42,909 nucleotides of DNA from Octopus bimaculoides (GCF_001194135.2 NC_068983.1:12319261-12362169), one strand, 5' to 3'. Numbered from the stretch's first letter, positions 13,558-26,127 are shown. Translations and numbers: made by a program. The notes: generated by a model from the letters alone, not told the origin.

Positions 13558-13994
13558 ACAACGAGAATTATATTTGCCACTTAAATGCGGCTAATCACTA
13601 AGGGTGAATGCTATTGTAGCTGGTAGCCCCAGGAGAATCTCTCCTCCAGCTGGCTATTGACACACTTTCTGTGCCCTGTCGGTATTTGCAAAGGGACGTC
13701 ATCCTTCCCATCGTCGATCTCACGTGATACGCACGGACACGGGTTTCTGGGTATTTACCCTTCGTCAGCCTACGACAGTCACCGAAGGGGTCCCAATCCA
13801 AATACATATATCCTTTTTCCAGTTATGAAGAAAATTCACTGATCCCGAAAAAGTGTAAAGAAGCAATAATAAATCTTTGAACGAGGTATAAACAGTAGCT
13901 GCACGACAACGTGAAGTATATTTGCCACTTAAGTGCGGCTAACCACTAAGGGTGAATGCTACTGTAGCTTGTAGCCCCCGGAGAATATAACAAC
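13558..13994 (-). mobile_element. Retrozyme-like non-autonomous element: ~348-bp monomer plus 70-80-bp terminal direct repeat, with TSD-like flank
   Basis: Direct repeats 13569-13638 and 13917-13986 (65/70 identical, offset 348). AATATAACAAC occurs at 13552-13562 and 13984-13994. Internal hammerhead motif on the minus strand. Confidence 0.72.
13730..13774 (-). ncRNA. Minimal type I hammerhead ribozyme candidate
   Basis: Minus strand reads cgtagg-CTGACGA-a-GGGT-aaat-ACCC-a-GAAA-c-ccgt-GTC-cgtgcg: both core boxes intact, GUC cleavage triplet, stem I 5/6 paired. Confidence 0.7.
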
Positions 13995-14165
13995 AAATCG
14001 GAAATTACTCATTTTGCCCCAGTTTCTAATTTTTCCCACTCTCAATTATAAACACTATCCCCTATGATTCAGTTGCCTTTCATCCTCTGAAAAATATGCC
14101 GTGAATCATCTGTTGCATAGTTATGAAAATATGTATTAGTTGATACCTTGGTTCGCTTGTATATA

Positions 14166-14397
14166 TTTTGGATTGTCCGGAAGGTTCGTGCCGATTTATA
14201 GTATCTTACCTTTCGACTTATTTGCCATGAAACCACCTCAATTCTGGGAAGTGGGTATTTTCAAGTTAAAGGAAAAATGGAGACACATTGTGCAACAAAA
14301 TGGTTCATATTTGGTTGATTAAAAATGTAATGGCAAGTATTTATTGACCTTTTTCTTTCCTTTAGAAATTGGCACGAACTTTCCGGACAATCCAATA
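14166..14397 (+). mobile_element. mariner-family internal-deletion derivative (MITE-like) retaining the transposase C-terminus
   Basis: 30-bp TIRs at 14168-14197 and 14366-14395 (ttggattgtccggaa.gttcgtgcc.attt), TA at the right end. Interior encodes FAMKPPQFWEVGIFKLKEKWRHIVQQNGSYLVD*, like mariner C-termini. Confidence 0.88.
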
Positions 14398-14458
14398 CCT
14401 ACAATATTGGTTTTAAATTTTGGCATAAACAATGTTTCCTTCTTGAGCCATTCCAGGC

Positions 14459-14459
<1 letters not shown>

Positions 14460-14512
<53 letters not shown>

Positions 14513-14535
14513 CATCTATCTATCTATCTATCTAT
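14460..14535. repeat. (CTAT)n tetranucleotide microsatellite
   Basis: Direct read. Confidence 0.95.
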
Positions 14536-15423
14536 CAGTCTAGCTAGCTAGCTAGCTATGTGTGTGTGCGTGCGCGCGTATTTGTGTGTGTGTATGTTCG
14601 TTAGGCAATCAGCACGGTAAGTACACATTTTGCCAAATGTGTTAGAGCTTAAATAGAAAGGGAAGTTTTGGTATTTCGAATGTTAGTTCTTCGTATTTCG
14701 AATGCTAGTTCTTCACAGAAGTTGGAAAGAAAATACACAGAACAAAAATCAAGAAGAGTTGAAGTCCAAAGGTGACACAATTGGAGTTTTATCGAAAAAT
14801 CTGATAGCGAAAAGCTATAGTTTTTATTTTCCTTCCTTTAGTTAGAAACAGTATAACCCCCCCCCCACACACACACGAACACAGAGGCACACATATATTT
14901 GTAAACACGTATTTGTGTGGAGTGCATGTTTGTGTGCCAGTTTATAATTTTCCAATAATTTTAGTAATCTATCCTTTAAATTAAAATTACAAAAAAAAAA
15001 AAAAACCCAATCAGTATTGAGATGAAAGCAAAATGTTTCCCTTCCTACTTCCAGTAATTGCCACGGCATTACTCAAACGTTTTATGAAGACTCAGATATT
15101 AGAGACGAAGAAATGAATGGTTAAGCATGTGTTCAACAGATGAAATCTAATAATTACAGTTATATGTAATTCGATATCTTGCTTGTTTGTGTTATCATAC
15201 GAATATTTGCATACTGAATCAATTATTCGTGATGGAAATTTCTTGAAATACGAGAATACGTTGCCCATTTTCTCAAAACCATACAGAACAGAACCGATCC
15301 AGGCGAAATATATGACTTTAACCACCACTATTCATGTCAAGTTTCAATGGAAATATAATGACTCACCAACAGTTGAGAAATGAATTATGTAGTTATAATT
15401 GAAAAAGAGAAAACTTCGCTCGC

Positions 15424-15426
<3 letters not shown>

Positions 15427-15475
<49 letters not shown>
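15427..15475. repeat. (TA)n microsatellite
   Basis: Direct read. Confidence 0.97.
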
Positions 15476-15479
<4 letters not shown>

Positions 15480-16082
15480 GTTATTTTCAATTACTCTCTA
15501 TGCAAAATCAATTTCAATGCCGGTTCTCGTGAACATGGTGGTAATATAAACGATAAGAGAGATTCACACTTATTTTAACCGGAGGCGTCTTTTATGACAT
15601 GGAATCTCCTGCGATGCGTTACGCTTTCATTACAAATTAAACTATGTTGGTATATATATATATATCAACTTTAAATAGAGCTCAAAACTACGTATATATA
15701 TGTATATGTATGTATGTGTGCCTGCACACACACACACACACATACCCATATANNNNNNNNNNNNNNNNNNNNNNNNNNNNNNNNNNNNNNNNNNNNNNNN
15801 NNNNNNNNNNNNNNNNNNNNNNNNNNNNNNNNNNNNNNNNNNNNNNNNNNNNNNNNNNNNNNNNNNNNNNNNNNNNNNNNNNNTATATATATATATATAT
15901 TTATAAATACAGTCGAACATATGCATTTTCTGCTATGATTTGATAAGCGGTGTCAAGTTTACAATTCTGTAAATAATATTTTATAAGGTTAAAGCTTATA
16001 AGCAATCACCGTGTATTGACTAAAGGAAATAATCTAATATTGGGTCATATAAGCCCTCGACGGAAAAAAAAGTGGCTTTATT

Positions 16083-16154
16083 GTATGCGTGTGACTCGAA
16101 CTCTCAGCTTTCTGCTTTCGCAACAAGCGTGCTACCATTTACGTCATCACACCC
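16083..16154 (-). pseudogene. tRNA-derived sequence (tRNA pseudogene or SINE head)
   Basis: Minus strand GGTGTGATGACGTAAATGGTAGCACGCTTGTTGCGAAAGCAGAAAGCTGAGAGTTCGAGTCACACGCATAC has an A-box-like TGACGTAAATGG, a B-box GTTCGAGTC and tRNA length; stems only partly paired, isotype unresolved. Confidence 0.65.
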
Positions 16155-16159
16155 ACTCA

Positions 16160-16603
16160 CACCCATCTATCCAATTTACAAAGGAGATGAGCAGTAACAA
16201 ATTACCATTTCTAGATATAATGGTAGTTAGAAAGAACACCGCCATTACCACAGATATATATTATAAACACACAAATACACACCAATACCTGAATTTCAAA
16301 TCGTGCCATCCATCCCATACAAAACGTAACATCCCATACTGCTTAGCCAGAAGAATCTGTACTATTGTAGAGGATCTAAAGACCAGAAATAAGCGTCTGA
16401 TGGAACCGAAAGAATTTCTGCTCAAACAAAAATACCCGTCACTACTTATAGAAAATGGTATTCAGCAGGCTTCGAAGATACCCATACAACAACTGAGGAC
16501 ACCGCAAAGAAGAGAAAAACAAGAACAAATCATACCATTTATAGTGACACACAATCCATGCCACCAGAACATCTTCAATATCCGTAAAGCAAACCTACCA
16601 ATC
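16160..16603 (+). mobile_element. Penelope-like element, RT thumb/C-terminal linker fragment
   Basis: HPSIQFTKEMSSNKLPFLDI..TDIYYKHTNTHQYLNFKSCHPSHTKRNIPYCLARRICTIV...IIPFIVTHNP, a typical PLE post-RT region; open frame. Confidence 0.9.
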
Positions 16604-18385
16604 ACTGCACATCTTAGTATAAATGTAGACAAACTGAATCCCCCTAGAGGTAAACATTTCATTTTTGCTTCAGAGCTGGATCGACAAATAAGAAATCACA
16701 AGTGTGAAATAAATATTATTTGATAACAGAAGGATACGTTACAGGACCTTCACTGAATATGTTCTGGGTGTCTTCGTACTGAATTCAAATTCCGATCTGT
16801 TCTACTTTACCTTATTTAATTTCGTGATCGATAGCATAACAGTGGTAATCCGGGACAAAGGATTAAAGGAACGGCAAGAAAGCCACGCCAGATGCTTGCA
16901 ACATTTGTTTCGATTCCTTCCGTTCTGAGCTGAAGTCGCGTTCTAGAATCTGGAACGGCTGTCTTAGTTTGGCCCTCTGTAAAGTTGTTTCAATCACAGA
17001 ATCATGCATTAAGTTTGAGAAGTCCTGACCTGATGCTTTCAAAAGAATGGGCAACATTTTCTCACTTTTCTGGTCTTAGAGGTCCTATAAAGAGTCAGTA
17101 TCGTTGTCTTTCTTCTATATAAAGAAAAAAGAAATGAAGTCTGGAACCTACAATTCAACAACACTTCAGACATCCATTGCGCCTTACAAATTATAAAATA
17201 AGCACGGAAGATGAAACTTTTCTGAGTCTACCCGCTATGTTGTACAAACATCCTTTCATTTGTCCACCATGCATTACACTAAATTCTGGTATTGAACATA
17301 AAGCAAAACTATACAGAAGAACATAATAATGATATATTGTATAATTTGAAGTAATAACTTTGGATGCTCTATCAAAATCAAAACACAAACTAAAATTCAA
17401 CACAAGTACGCACCAGCAGTCTAATAATCTATGAATATAATTGGATTAATCGATACATCATTTACAAAGCAGCCATGACCATTTTTAATATTTATAAAGT
17501 CTTAGATACAATCCCTTGCTACCCACAACAAAAGCACTACAAGTGTGAGTCGTTATCATGTGAAGAATTTCTTGAAATACTTGTGGGATCATCAGTCTTG
17601 CTGTTCCAAACAAAACGTCAAAAACTAAAAAGGAAATATATGAAAAAAAAAATAATAGTAATAATAATAATAACTATTGATAAAAATATTAAACTCGAAG
17701 ATGTCTGTCCTCAATATATCATGATGGAGAAAGCGACCACCTGGAGAGCAACACACGCACAACCAAACGCATACAAGTATTCATAACTATATACATACAA
17801 ACACACACTCATATATATATATATATAACGTAAATTTAGTTTCAGTAGAGTATATAATATATCTATAATTACATATATATATATATATATATANNNNNNN
17901 NNNNNNNNNNNNNNNNNNNNNNNNNNNNNNNNNNNATATATTTATATATATACATATACATGCATATATATTTATATATGTATGTTTATGCTTGTACACA
18001 CACACACACATGTTTACATGCACACATGCGCGCATACACTTGCATAAAATATTTAGTAATTCAATAGACGGGCTCTCTGCCAGCTACCGTACAACCCATT
18101 GTGACTGAACTAGTTCTTTGCACTGATTGTTTGAGTAATAATTAAGAATTCCGTTTCTTTTTCTTTCCTAATAACTCTACTACAGTTAGTTATTATGTGC
18201 AAAATGTTAAATGAAAAAGAACATATCTATAATGTTTCAGAAAGCTGTTTTCGGATTTCCCTTCTTCAAAAATATTGTGAAATAACGCTCTACTGGCATT
18301 TTAGCAAAAACCGATTGGCAATGGTGATGGTAATGATGACGATGAGGATATATACATTATATATATATATATATATATACATACA

Positions 18386-18417
<32 letters not shown>

Positions 18418-19554
18418 AGCATTTATATATGCATATATATATGTTTATGCGCATATATATGAATGTATATATTTTTATATACGTTTATATGTATAAATAT
18501 GTATATATATAAATATGAGTGTGTGTATGTATGTATATATGAATGTACGTATTATGTGTGTTGTTTATACGTTTATAAACAAACTGGAAGAAAAAATCTG
18601 GCATATTAACATATTCACATGTAAAACGAAAATCGTTTCTCTAACATATCGTTATACAAGCATATACTATTTCAGGTTTTAATGGTTGTGTGTATTTATC
18701 TCATGGTCTTTTATAGTTTGATACTTTCCACATCAATGCATTGTGCCTATGTGAGGTGTAGTGGGGTGGGAATTCTTTTCTTTTGTTTATGATTGATGTT
18801 TCAAGCGATGGTTCATTTTCCTGGCTACCGTACAAAAGAAAAAGAAGGGAATATTATACTGTCCAAATAAATACGCTAATGTATAAAACCCATACACACA
18901 TATAATACAAAAATATGCAAACACATACAATCAGAAAAATGGACGTTTAAATTTTCATATAGAAGCGAATGTACAAGCATAAAGTGTAGTGAAGTGAGAG
19001 TGACTTCCCTTTGTTTGCATACATTTTACAGTATTCATTTGTGTAGTAGAATAGCAACCTATCTCTTTTCCCCTTTTGTGTGTTGTCTTGGCACGCACAC
19101 AAAAGAAATAGACAGGCAGATTTGTATAATACCTTACAAGTGAATATATTAATGTAGATACGCATGAAAATGTATACTAGGCAAAGTCTAATGAATACGT
19201 AGATATTTATACAGAAACATATAAACGTTTCAATTTTCATATTGAAAGGAGTACACAGATATCATAAAAATGCATCTAATGGATAACAGAAATGCGCAGC
19301 AAACAATTCAGATATTAAGGAGTAAACTTTTCCCCATTGTTATTTTTGCAATTAACACGAATAGGTGGATTATAATCATTACCTGAAAAACCGGAAATGA
19401 CGAAAACAACAGTTGTAATGTATCTGACGAATGATCCAGCTATTAAATAATGGTATTATTCCTGTACAGAACTTTATTTTCGCATTGCATACACCTATTC
19501 TGTATATACATACATACGTACATTACGTACATACATACGTACCTACGTACATAC

Positions 19555-19590
<36 letters not shown>

Positions 19591-19608
19591 CTATATGTAT
19601 ACACACAT

Positions 19609-19641
<33 letters not shown>

Positions 19642-20145
19642 NNNNNNNNNNNNNNNNNNNNNNNNNNNNNNNNNNACATGCATATATATATACGATTTAA
19701 AAAAGAGCTTCTAGTAATTTCGTGCTTCAGAGATACAATAAATTGGTAGACTTTATATAGCGCACCATGCATCGCCAAACAATCTTTCTATGGGAAAACA
19801 TAAGAAAGAAATGGTCTATGGGAAAACATAAGAAAGAAAACGAGAAAGATGAAAAATACGAAGAATGTTGATGGTAAAAGTGGAACGAGAAGAAAGAAAA
19901 GAATTGTAAGCAAGCCAAAATCTTTGTCCATTTTGACTGTAGAAATTATGATTAATGTAGCTGGCTCAACAACAACAACAAAAATGACGAAAAAAAAAAC
20001 GTTATATAAATCTATTAATTTATTGTATTTCTAGACCATGAAACTATTAGTAAGTCTTTTGCTTATTGTGTGTATCAAATGATATTTAACTCTCACTTGA
20101 TGGGGTGCGTTTTTGCTGATCCTACCTTTCTATCTATATATATAA

Positions 20146-20480
20146 GGGTAAAGACTCCATTCGGCCATGAATGACCATAAGATAGCACTTAGGAAGTTCC
20201 ACTCTGAGGCACAAGTCCTGGTAAGGTTGTTTGTGGAAGACCAGCAGTCGCTCATGCATACCACCAGACTCCCATCTTCACGCCACCGATATTACCCAAG
20301 GGGAAGGCAAAAGCCGGTACAACTTGGCACCTGTGACGTCGCAACTCACTTCTGCAGCTGAGTGAACAGTTGTAACATAAAATAATGTGTCTGGGACAAG
20401 AACACAACACACAGCCCAGTCTGGGAATCGAACTCACTACCTCGTGGTTGTGAGTCTGACGCCCTAACCACAAAGCCATT
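20146..20480 (-). mobile_element. tRNA-derived SINE, family C (near full length)
   Basis: Minus strand has tggctttgtggttagggcg (A-box-like) and gagttcgattcc (B-box); body matches 4971-5265. Confidence 0.85.
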
Positions 20481-20560
20481 CCCTTTCACATATTTATATA
20501 TCTAAATCTATATGTGTGTGTGTGAGTGTGTTTGTGTGCATGTGTGTTTTTGTGTATTTA

Positions 20561-20790
20561 TGAGTCCCCTACCACCGTTCGACAACCGGTATTGTTGTGT
20601 TTACGTCCCTGCAATATAGCGGTGCGTTAAAAGAAGACGATAGACTAAGTACTAAGCTTCAAAATAAAATAAAAATAAACAAAAAGGCAAAGAAAAAATA
20701 ACTGCAGTCGATTTATTCGAATGAAAATTATTAAAGGCAGTGCCCCAGCTTGGCCACAGTATATGAACTGAAACAAGTTAAAGATGAAAG
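20561..20790 (+). mobile_element. Diverged SINE family A-like 3' half
   Basis: cgacaaccg..gtgtttacgtccc..agcggt..gata.actaagtact..gtcgattt..cgaat..cagcttggccacagt..actgaaacaag matches the family A 3' half. Confidence 0.7.
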
Positions 20791-21139
20791 ATTCTAGACG
20801 CAAACATATGCACATAGATATATTCCTATTTCAAATGAATTTATTGGGTTGATCATGATAGAGTTTGTAACTGTACCAAAAAGATGCCGTCAGGAGGACG
20901 GGTTAGCTTTTCTATATAACATTCTGACTTGCAAACCAAATCCAAAAAACGAAATAAAAATACATACATGCATACATACATACATACATGTATACATACA
21001 AAATATACATACATATATACATACATATACATACACACGTATATACATACATATCTGTGTGAGATTGTGTGTGTATGTGCGTTTGTGTGTATGTATGTAT
21101 ACATATATATATATCTGTGTGTGTATACATATATATATT

Positions 21140-21854
21140 CAGGATGGGGCAAAGAGCACGGACTTTTTGAAATGGCAATTATTCAGCTCCATGGGGAGGA
21201 ACATATGTCCAACAGGTACCATTTGGTCCGTGATGTCTTAGCATTTTTGTCTTTCTTTTCGGGTGAAACCATGGCGTTGTGGACGATAGAGTATCGCGGG
21301 TTTGTCTTCGACAGTAACGTGAAGAGTAACGAGTCTGTCACAGCAATTCTGCGTGAGTTTCGGCGCCACTTCAACATTCATCGAAATCAGGCACTTCGTA
21401 CACGAGGTACACTAATGAATAGAAGATTAGTGCGAGTGCCACGCACGGTACGGACCCCGGAAAATGTGGAACGCGTCAGAAAAGCTTTGATACAGAGTCC
21501 GAATCGCTCTGCTCGGAGGCATTCCACTGAACTTGGCATCGGTAATCGATCGGTAAGGCGTATTTTTCATGAAGACCTGCATTTCCACCCGTATACATTG
21601 GTCATTGGGCAACAGTTGAAACTATGGGTCTATACACAGGGCAATACTGGAGAGAGTGGAGGCCACCTTCCAAGAACGCCTTCAGCGATGCACCAATGAA
21701 AACGGACATCACATGATGGATGTTGATTTTAGGACATAAGTTTGACAAATGTTAATTCAATACGAACACATTGATGTCAATAAAAATTGTTTGCAGCTGA
21801 AATTAATGATCTTGTGCAGTTTTCGAAAACGTCCGTCTTCTCTGCTCCACCCTG
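21140..21854 (+). mobile_element. Tc1/mariner-superfamily (Tc3-like, CAGGGTG-type TIR) internal-deletion derivative
   Basis: Imperfect ~33-bp TIRs (caggatggggcaaagagcacggac / gtccgtcttctctgctccaccctg, followed by TA). N-terminal HTH from ATG 21271 (..RTPENVERVRKALIQSPNRSARRHSTELGIGNRSVRRIFHEDLHFHPY..) is joined to the C-terminus FQERLQRCTNENGHH..* (21668-21739); no DDE/D domain. Confidence 0.88.
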
Positions 21855-22632
21855 TATATGTATATGTGTGTGTGTATGTGTAATAGAAATGTAACTCAGA
21901 GAAGAACAAAGAAAGATAGAGAAAAATCAGGAAAAAAAAAACACTCACAATTATCATTCAGTTTGGTTTTCTGTCAATGACATAAGCCGTTGGGTATAAA
22001 TGAGTGAATGAGCAGACATGAAAATCAAACACGAAAAGGAAAAAACAAATGTGACGAGCACAATGAAGGATGAGGTCGCAGACCGATCGGTAAATGACGA
22101 CGAGCTATGAAGAGAAAGGATACATACACCCCACCCACACATATAAACGTTAGGGTGTGTGAGCGTGTGTACGTGTGTGCCTGTGTGTGTTTGTGTGTGT
22201 GTAATGAAATAAAGAAACAACCAAGGGCATTAAATAAGATAATAAGCGATACAGAGCTATATTCGTATGCAACTATTGCCTTGCAACTTTGAGACAAAGA
22301 TGTGTTTGTATGAAATAACGCTAGTAACCCCCCCCCAAAAAAAAAAGAAAAAATAAACTTCGTCCTTTCGGACATAGAAGAATGTGTAAAATGGAATCTT
22401 AAAAAAATACTTTCCATAAGTAGGACAGACCATGAGCTGGAGCTACTCTAAGATTCTTAGACAAGCTCAGAGTTAGAGAAAGAGTAACTGACCACGAGAG
22501 CGGACAACGTAATAGGTTTCGTGATTTCAAACAGAGAAAGATTAAGTACTGACATGTGGGAGGCTACGGAAGATAAGAGTACTAGTGGTTTAAGAAAAAG
22601 ACAGAGGGGAAGAAGCTATACAGAGATATGCA

Positions 22633-22640
<8 letters not shown>

Positions 22641-22706
<66 letters not shown>
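22641..22706. repeat. (TA)n microsatellite
   Basis: Direct read. Confidence 0.97.
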
Positions 22707-22710
<4 letters not shown>

Positions 22711-23097
22711 CCTTATTTAAAAGTAGCAGAAATATAACAAACAACTCTTACTCGGAATTTCACGGTCATTTCTTTCCCATTTCTAACAAAACTGTCCGAT
22801 GAACGGGAACGTGAAACTCCGAGTAACAGTTTTATGTTATATTCCTGCTACTTTTAAATAAAGCATATTACTCTACCTCTGGTATTTGAGTACTCTTTTT
22901 ACCAACTTGTTGCACATTTATATGCTTACTCCGGTATATATATATATATAGTATTATATAGAAAGAAAATTTTAAAAAATTGAGAGAGGGATAGAATAAA
23001 AGAAAGGTACGTAATAGAGAAAAATAATGTGATAGGTCAAATTGTTTCACAGAGAGACCATTTGGAAGGTAAGTATAATGCAATAAAGATTATAGAC

Positions 23098-23503
23098 AGG
23101 AGTGGCTGTGTGGTAGGTAACCTGCTTACCAACCACATGGTTCCAGGTTCAGTCCCACTGCGTGGCACATTGGGCAAGTGTCTTCTACTATAGCCTCGGG
23201 CCGACCAAAGCCTTGTGAGTGGATTTGGTAAACGGAAACTGAAAGAAGCACGTCGTATATATATGTATATACATATATGTATGTGTGTGTGTGTGTGTTT
23301 GTCCCCCCAACATCGCTTGACAACCGATGCTGGTGTGTTTATATCCCCGTCGCCTAGCGGTTCGGCAAAAGATACCGATAGAATAAGTACCAAACTTACA
23401 AAGGATAAGTCCTGGGGTCGATTTGCTCGACTAAAAGGCGGTGTTCCAGCATGGCCGCAGTCAAATGACTGAAACAAGTGAAAGAGTAAAAAGAGTAAAG
23501 AGT
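23098..23503 (+). mobile_element. SINE family A, near full length
   Basis: tRNA-like head (gtggctgtgtggta...ggttcagtcc), central domain, internal (TA)n(TG)n, 3' tail aaagagta repeats; six or more homologues in the window. Confidence 0.92.
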
Positions 23504-23544
23504 ATAGAAGAGAATTGTATGGATCGTTCGATAGATAAATATAG

Positions 23545-23575
<31 letters not shown>

Positions 23576-24303
23576 GATAGATGGAGACGAAGGTCTAGTT
23601 GCATGAAAGGGCAACAACTGGTAGTTAGAGAGAGGAAAAGCGTGCGAGCGCTACCATGAACAATACTGAAAACGTATACTTACATACACACACGCGCGCA
23701 CACACAAACACACACTCCCACGCACACATGTATTCTATTCACAAACGAAGTCTGTACTCGTTTGCACGTGGGTTTTATTCATGAATCAGTCTTTAGCTGG
23801 CACCATAGTGAAATAAAAGATAAAGATAAGTACATATTTGAAACGAAATTCGTGATAAATTGTACGTAACAAACAGGTGTGATATTAAAGGATGTTTATG
23901 CGGAACTCACAAACATGAAATTTTATAGAATTCTTTGATTGCGTGAATTCAAACTTTTGGGATAAAAGGATAAAATGTGGATTTATTTGGAACGCTTCAA
24001 AAGCAACAGAGAGACGAACGCTTAGTGGAGTCATTTTTCGAGCATTCAGTATTTTTATGATGTGCAAGATTACTAGAAAATGTTATCCATCGAGAATTTC
24101 CTCTCAGACGGTAGAATGAGATTTTAGAAACTGGGATTAATGTTTCCAACTAACCATAAGGAAAACTGATAGGGTTTTGAGATGAGTACAGATTGTTTAC
24201 GAAGTTTAAAGAAGAAGCAGAATCTAAATTTTGTGACCACCGTTATGTTACATAGTTCATGAATCTGTGCTGCAGAGTATCTTTCGAAATAATACGTTAG
24301 AAT

Positions 24304-24522
24304 AGGCGGCTGGCAGAATCGTTAGCACGCTGGGCGAAATGCTTTGCGGTATTTCGCCCGTCGTTATTTTCTGAGTTCAAATTCCGCCGCGGTCGACTTT
24401 CGGGGTCGATAAATTAAGTACCAGTTACACACTGGGGTCGATGCAATCGATTTAATCCCGTTGTCTGTCCTTGTTTGTCCCCTCTATGTGTAGCCCCATG
24501 TGGGCAATAAAGAAATAAGAAT
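24304..24522 (+). mobile_element. SINE family B monomer
   Basis: Matches the first unit at 6712-6940. Confidence 0.9.
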
Positions 24523-24916
24523 AAAGGCTGTCTATTCGATAACTTGAGTGTCATACTTCCTGTCAATATGTAATTTTGAAAACCATTTATTTTTATCACA
24601 GATCGAACTACTCCTTTCAGTAACACTTTATTCATTATTTTAAATATAAGTCTTTCCTCTTCAGTTCCTTCTGTTTCTCTAATATTTCTTTAACGTCATA
24701 TCTAGGTCAGAAATACGATCTACTTTGATTTCAGCGAAATTTTGAACAGTGTTTTAAGTCGAGGTCATCAGCAAATTTCTATGAAGTTCTCTTTGCACAA
24801 GGAAGAACGTTCTTCCTTGCCCGTTCCTTGCTTCATTTTGATGGCTTTCCGTTTGTGTTCTACTGACCGCAAGTGTTATATTGTTAAGTGAGATAATGAC
24901 AGAAAGAACGACGTTC

Positions 24917-24977
<61 letters not shown>

Positions 24978-25139
24978 NNNNNNNNNNNNNNNNNNNNNNN
25001 NNNNNNNNNNNNNNNNNNNNNNNNNNNNNNNNNNNNNNNNNNNNNNNNNNNNNNNNNNNNNNNNNNNNNNNNNNNNNNNNNNNNNNNNNNNNNNNNNNNN
25101 NNNNNNNNNNNNNNNNNNNNNNNNNNNNNNNNNNNNNNN

Positions 25140-25204
<65 letters not shown>

Positions 25205-25356
25205 ATTTCTATGTATATATGCAAACGTTTGTTTTCTGGTATTTCAATTTATACGCACATATCGACATACGCAGATATATATATAGATACACACACACAA
25301 ACATGCATACATAGAAAAATTTATATATATATGTGTATGAATACGAATATGCATTC

Positions 25357-25401
<45 letters not shown>

Positions 25402-26127
25402 NNNNNNNNNNGAGAGAGAGAGAGAGAGAGAGATAGAGAGAGGGAGAGAGAGATAGAGAGATAGAGAGAGAAAGAGAGAGAATGTAGAGCATTGTCTTGT
25501 GTGGTTCGTTATTGGTGAATAACTGAATGAGAGAATCTAATAACGTTGCCCTCATATCATTGAAAGAGGATACACCTTCTTACACTTAAGCCCAAACACA
25601 TATACTCAGACACAATATTTACATACGTCCTTGTTCACAAATATATATAATTGTTTCCTTGTATGTGTTCATAAGAATGGGCGTGTCTGTATGTGGTATT
25701 TATTATACTCTACATAGTGAGGTACTGGATATGTACATAGATTTACCGTAATACACACATACACAAACACAGACAAACACATATACATGAGCATATACAT
25801 ATATTCATATTTATGTTTGATGGTGTGATGGTGCGAGAGAGAGATGACAGTGACTGGTTTAATGCAATAAATATTTTAAATACGACTATACAGTTAAGGT
25901 TAAATCGATATATTATAGCTTTAGAAATGGAAGTGCCGGCAAATTCTGAACTTGTCAAAGTTGTGACAGATCGCCTAGTTCGGTGCATTACGTTTCCTTG
26001 CTTCTGAATCTATTTATACAGTTATCTGCAATGGTTGATTGGCAGCTGATATAATATATTGTCCCACACTCTTGCATGGATTTATTTCCTAGTTTTCACG
26101 AATTGTTATTTAATACATTCACTGAGC

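Noticed and set aside
13775-13795. Similarity of cagtcaccgaaggggtccc to the SINE C tail (5242-5265)
   Set aside because: Too short and gapped to distinguish from chance.
26036-26048. TGATTGGCAG (PBX/MEIS-like) overlapping a CAGCTG E-box
   Set aside because: A single 10-mer in 43 kb is not unlikely, and there is no supporting context.
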